A stretch of 62,922 nucleotides of DNA, counting the filler, from Atractiella rhizophila (Eukaryota): NCBI GenBank assembly GCA_021432655.1. It is 5 parts of 5 records of this genome, joined end to end, with 100 filler letters (N's around TTAATTAATTAA, not from the genome) between each part and the next. Parts side by side here need not be neighbours in the genome. Positions count along the whole stretch, not along the records: positions 59,889 to 62,922 come from MU271970.1; 4 more parts are not named here. One strand, given 5' to 3'. This document shows, piece after piece, positions 60,874 to 62,922 of this stretch (its first letter is position 1; every line of letters starts with the position of its first letter). A model generated the notes under the pieces. It had not been told where the DNA came from. It saw only the letters and a program-made list of their open reading frames with translations, and made no database searches. Position numbers and translations under genes: made by a program.

Positions 60874-62435
60874 ATGAGCAGCATGTCAACATCCAAGTCG
60901 TCCACTCCAGTGATCGATGTGCACACTCATGTGCAAGTCTTCCTCAAATCGTGTTGTCTGCTATTGATCGCTCCACCATAGGTATCTACCGCGTTACCTA
61001 CAGCGCCTAAGAGCGAGAAATGTCGTCCCTAGAATTACAACCTTCCCGGATGCTCCGAACGACGAGAAGATGCTCATTTTGCCAGGGGAAGAGAAGACTG
61101 GGAAAGGACGACCTCTGACAAAGTGCGTTAAGCTCTGGCAAAATCATTGCACTGTAGTATTGACAACACTGCAGATTTTATTGGGACAGAGACCTACGAC
61201 TTCAATGGATGGATGAGCACAATATCGACATCTCAGTAAGTTTCAGGTCAACTGGTCTGCTCCTCTAACAAGCATTGTAAAAGGTAATTAGCCTTGCGAA
61301 CCCGTGGCTCGATTTCCTCTCTCCTGCTTCAGCCATCGAAGCTTCTCGCGATTTCAACAACGAGATGGAAGAGTTCTGCACATCCGTTTATGAGGACACA
61401 GGAAGGAAAAGGATATTCGGGATGGGTATTCTGCCTCTGATCCCGCTCGAGAACGAGGAAGTGGGATGTAGACGTGCGGATGGCGAAGACGAAATGAGTG
61501 TCGACACTCTAGTGCAAGAAAACGTCAAGGTCGTCGAGAGCATTGCCAGCTCGAAGTATTTAAAGGGTATGCCTCACTCCTTGACTCTAACCGCAGTGAT
61601 TGAATTGGCAAATAGGCATCATTCTAGGCACTCAAGGCTTTGGGAAGGGATTGGACGACTCTCGCCTAGTCCCCATCTTCCGAGCACTCGCAGACGCCAA
61701 CCTTCCAATCTTCCTCGTCTGTTGCCATATTTTGTGTTTTTAAAGCTAATTACAGAGACAGCACCCCCACTACGGCCTCCCTCCTTCCCTCTTCGGATCC
61801 CTACCAAACGGCCACGTCTTGCCTCTAGCTCTCGGTTTCCCCGTCGAGACAACCATTTCAATATCGCGCCTCCTCCTATCAGGAATCTACGATGAACTCC
61901 CCCACCTCAAAATCATGCTCGCGCACTCCGGTGGCGTACTACCTTATCTTAGTTCAAGACTGAACAGCTGCGTGGAACACGATCCGGTTGTGAGAGGGAG
62001 GCTGAAGCAGAAAGACGTGAGGTCGTACTTGGGGAACTTGTATTATGATGCGGTGGCCTACGGTCCTGAAGAGCTGGAGTTCCTAGAAAAGGTCATCAAG
62101 AGGGCTGGTAGTGGAGTTTCTGGTCAGGAACTGCACCCTACGGAAAGGATCCTGTTTGGTGAGTTAAACTCACACATCTTACTGAACCTAAGGAGCTGAT
62201 GGCTTCATTTGCTGTAAAGGGACCGACTGCCCATTCTTTCCCCCACTCGATGCGGATCCTGAAAAGGCCGAATGGACGTCAGTCAAGGAGAACGTAAAAG
62301 CGATATATGCTACAGCCTTCAACGCAGATCAACACAAAGCAGTAGGCGGTTTCGTCTATTCTCTTAACGTTGTCATGAACAAGGGAGCAGGTACTTGGAG
62401 GGAACGCCATTAAATTCTTCAACTTGGATCTGTAG
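60874..62435 (+). CDS. Amidohydrolase-2 family decarboxylase, probably uracil-5-carboxylate (iso-orotate) decarboxylase, multi-exon
   Basis: IDVHTHVYLPRY, ILPGEE, ISLANPWLDFL, HPHYGLP, LALGFPVETT, LAHSGGVLPYL and FGTDCPFFPP. Confidence 0.82.
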
Positions 62436-62922
62436 AAGACAACCACTTTCGACTTGCAAAGGGTAGTACTTAATGGTAGCATCACAGCAAGCACGTTAAA
62501 GTGTTATTGGATACTTTTCAGAATGTTGAAAACAAAGTAAACAGTTCTATAACGAAACACACATCGGTGGCCAACAACGAACGATTCAAACAATGTGTGG
62601 TGAAGGGGGGAACAGATGATCAACCAAAAGCTTCTGAGTCGTACCACACGCTACATGTTTCAACTGAGACGAAGAGAGCTCGAAGGAAGGACAGGGCCTA
62701 GTCCTAGCTGAAAAAGGATCCTCAATATCAGTTCGAATAAGCATGGACCAGAAACAAACAAATAACGAAACGAGGCACCCTGCGATACAAGACACTTACG
62801 ATGACCTCCTCGACAAGCTCATCAGCGTTGGGGGTATACAACCCAATAAGTATCTATTGGATATAACCCCCTATACCAATGTATAGTAAATATAATTATT
62901 GAATTCTTTAAAAAACCCCTTT

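Overview
Intron-rich fungal DNA, basidiomycete-like by gene and transposon content. The window joins five pieces with artificial N-TTAATTAATTAA-N linkers, so adjacency across gaps is not biological. Piece 1 (1-16749) is accessory DNA with an F-box-like gene and a nearly intact tyrosine-recombinase retrotransposon (Ngaro/DIRS type: gag-like, RT/RNase H, YR). That element has a probable spliceosomal intron in ORF1, one frameshift in RNase H and a structured 3' tail. Piece 2 (16850-33565) is a nest of decayed Ty1/Copia elements with several LTR families, followed by a compact housekeeping block (PWP1, CCT1, eIF3j, aspartokinase, MCM7). Piece 3 (33666-50379) holds a ZNF511-like zinc finger gene, FAT1, ILV6 and several F-box-like paralogs, some sharing an LDGGxExSNL(V/I)S motif that I cannot assign to a named domain. 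Piece 4 holds a membrane protein gene, a GLO3-type ArfGAP, an ENT3-type epsin and the 5' part of ORC1. Piece 5 holds a probable uracil-5-carboxylate decarboxylase. All calls come from reading the sequence and recognising motifs; no searches or folding programs were run. Gene coordinates span introns.
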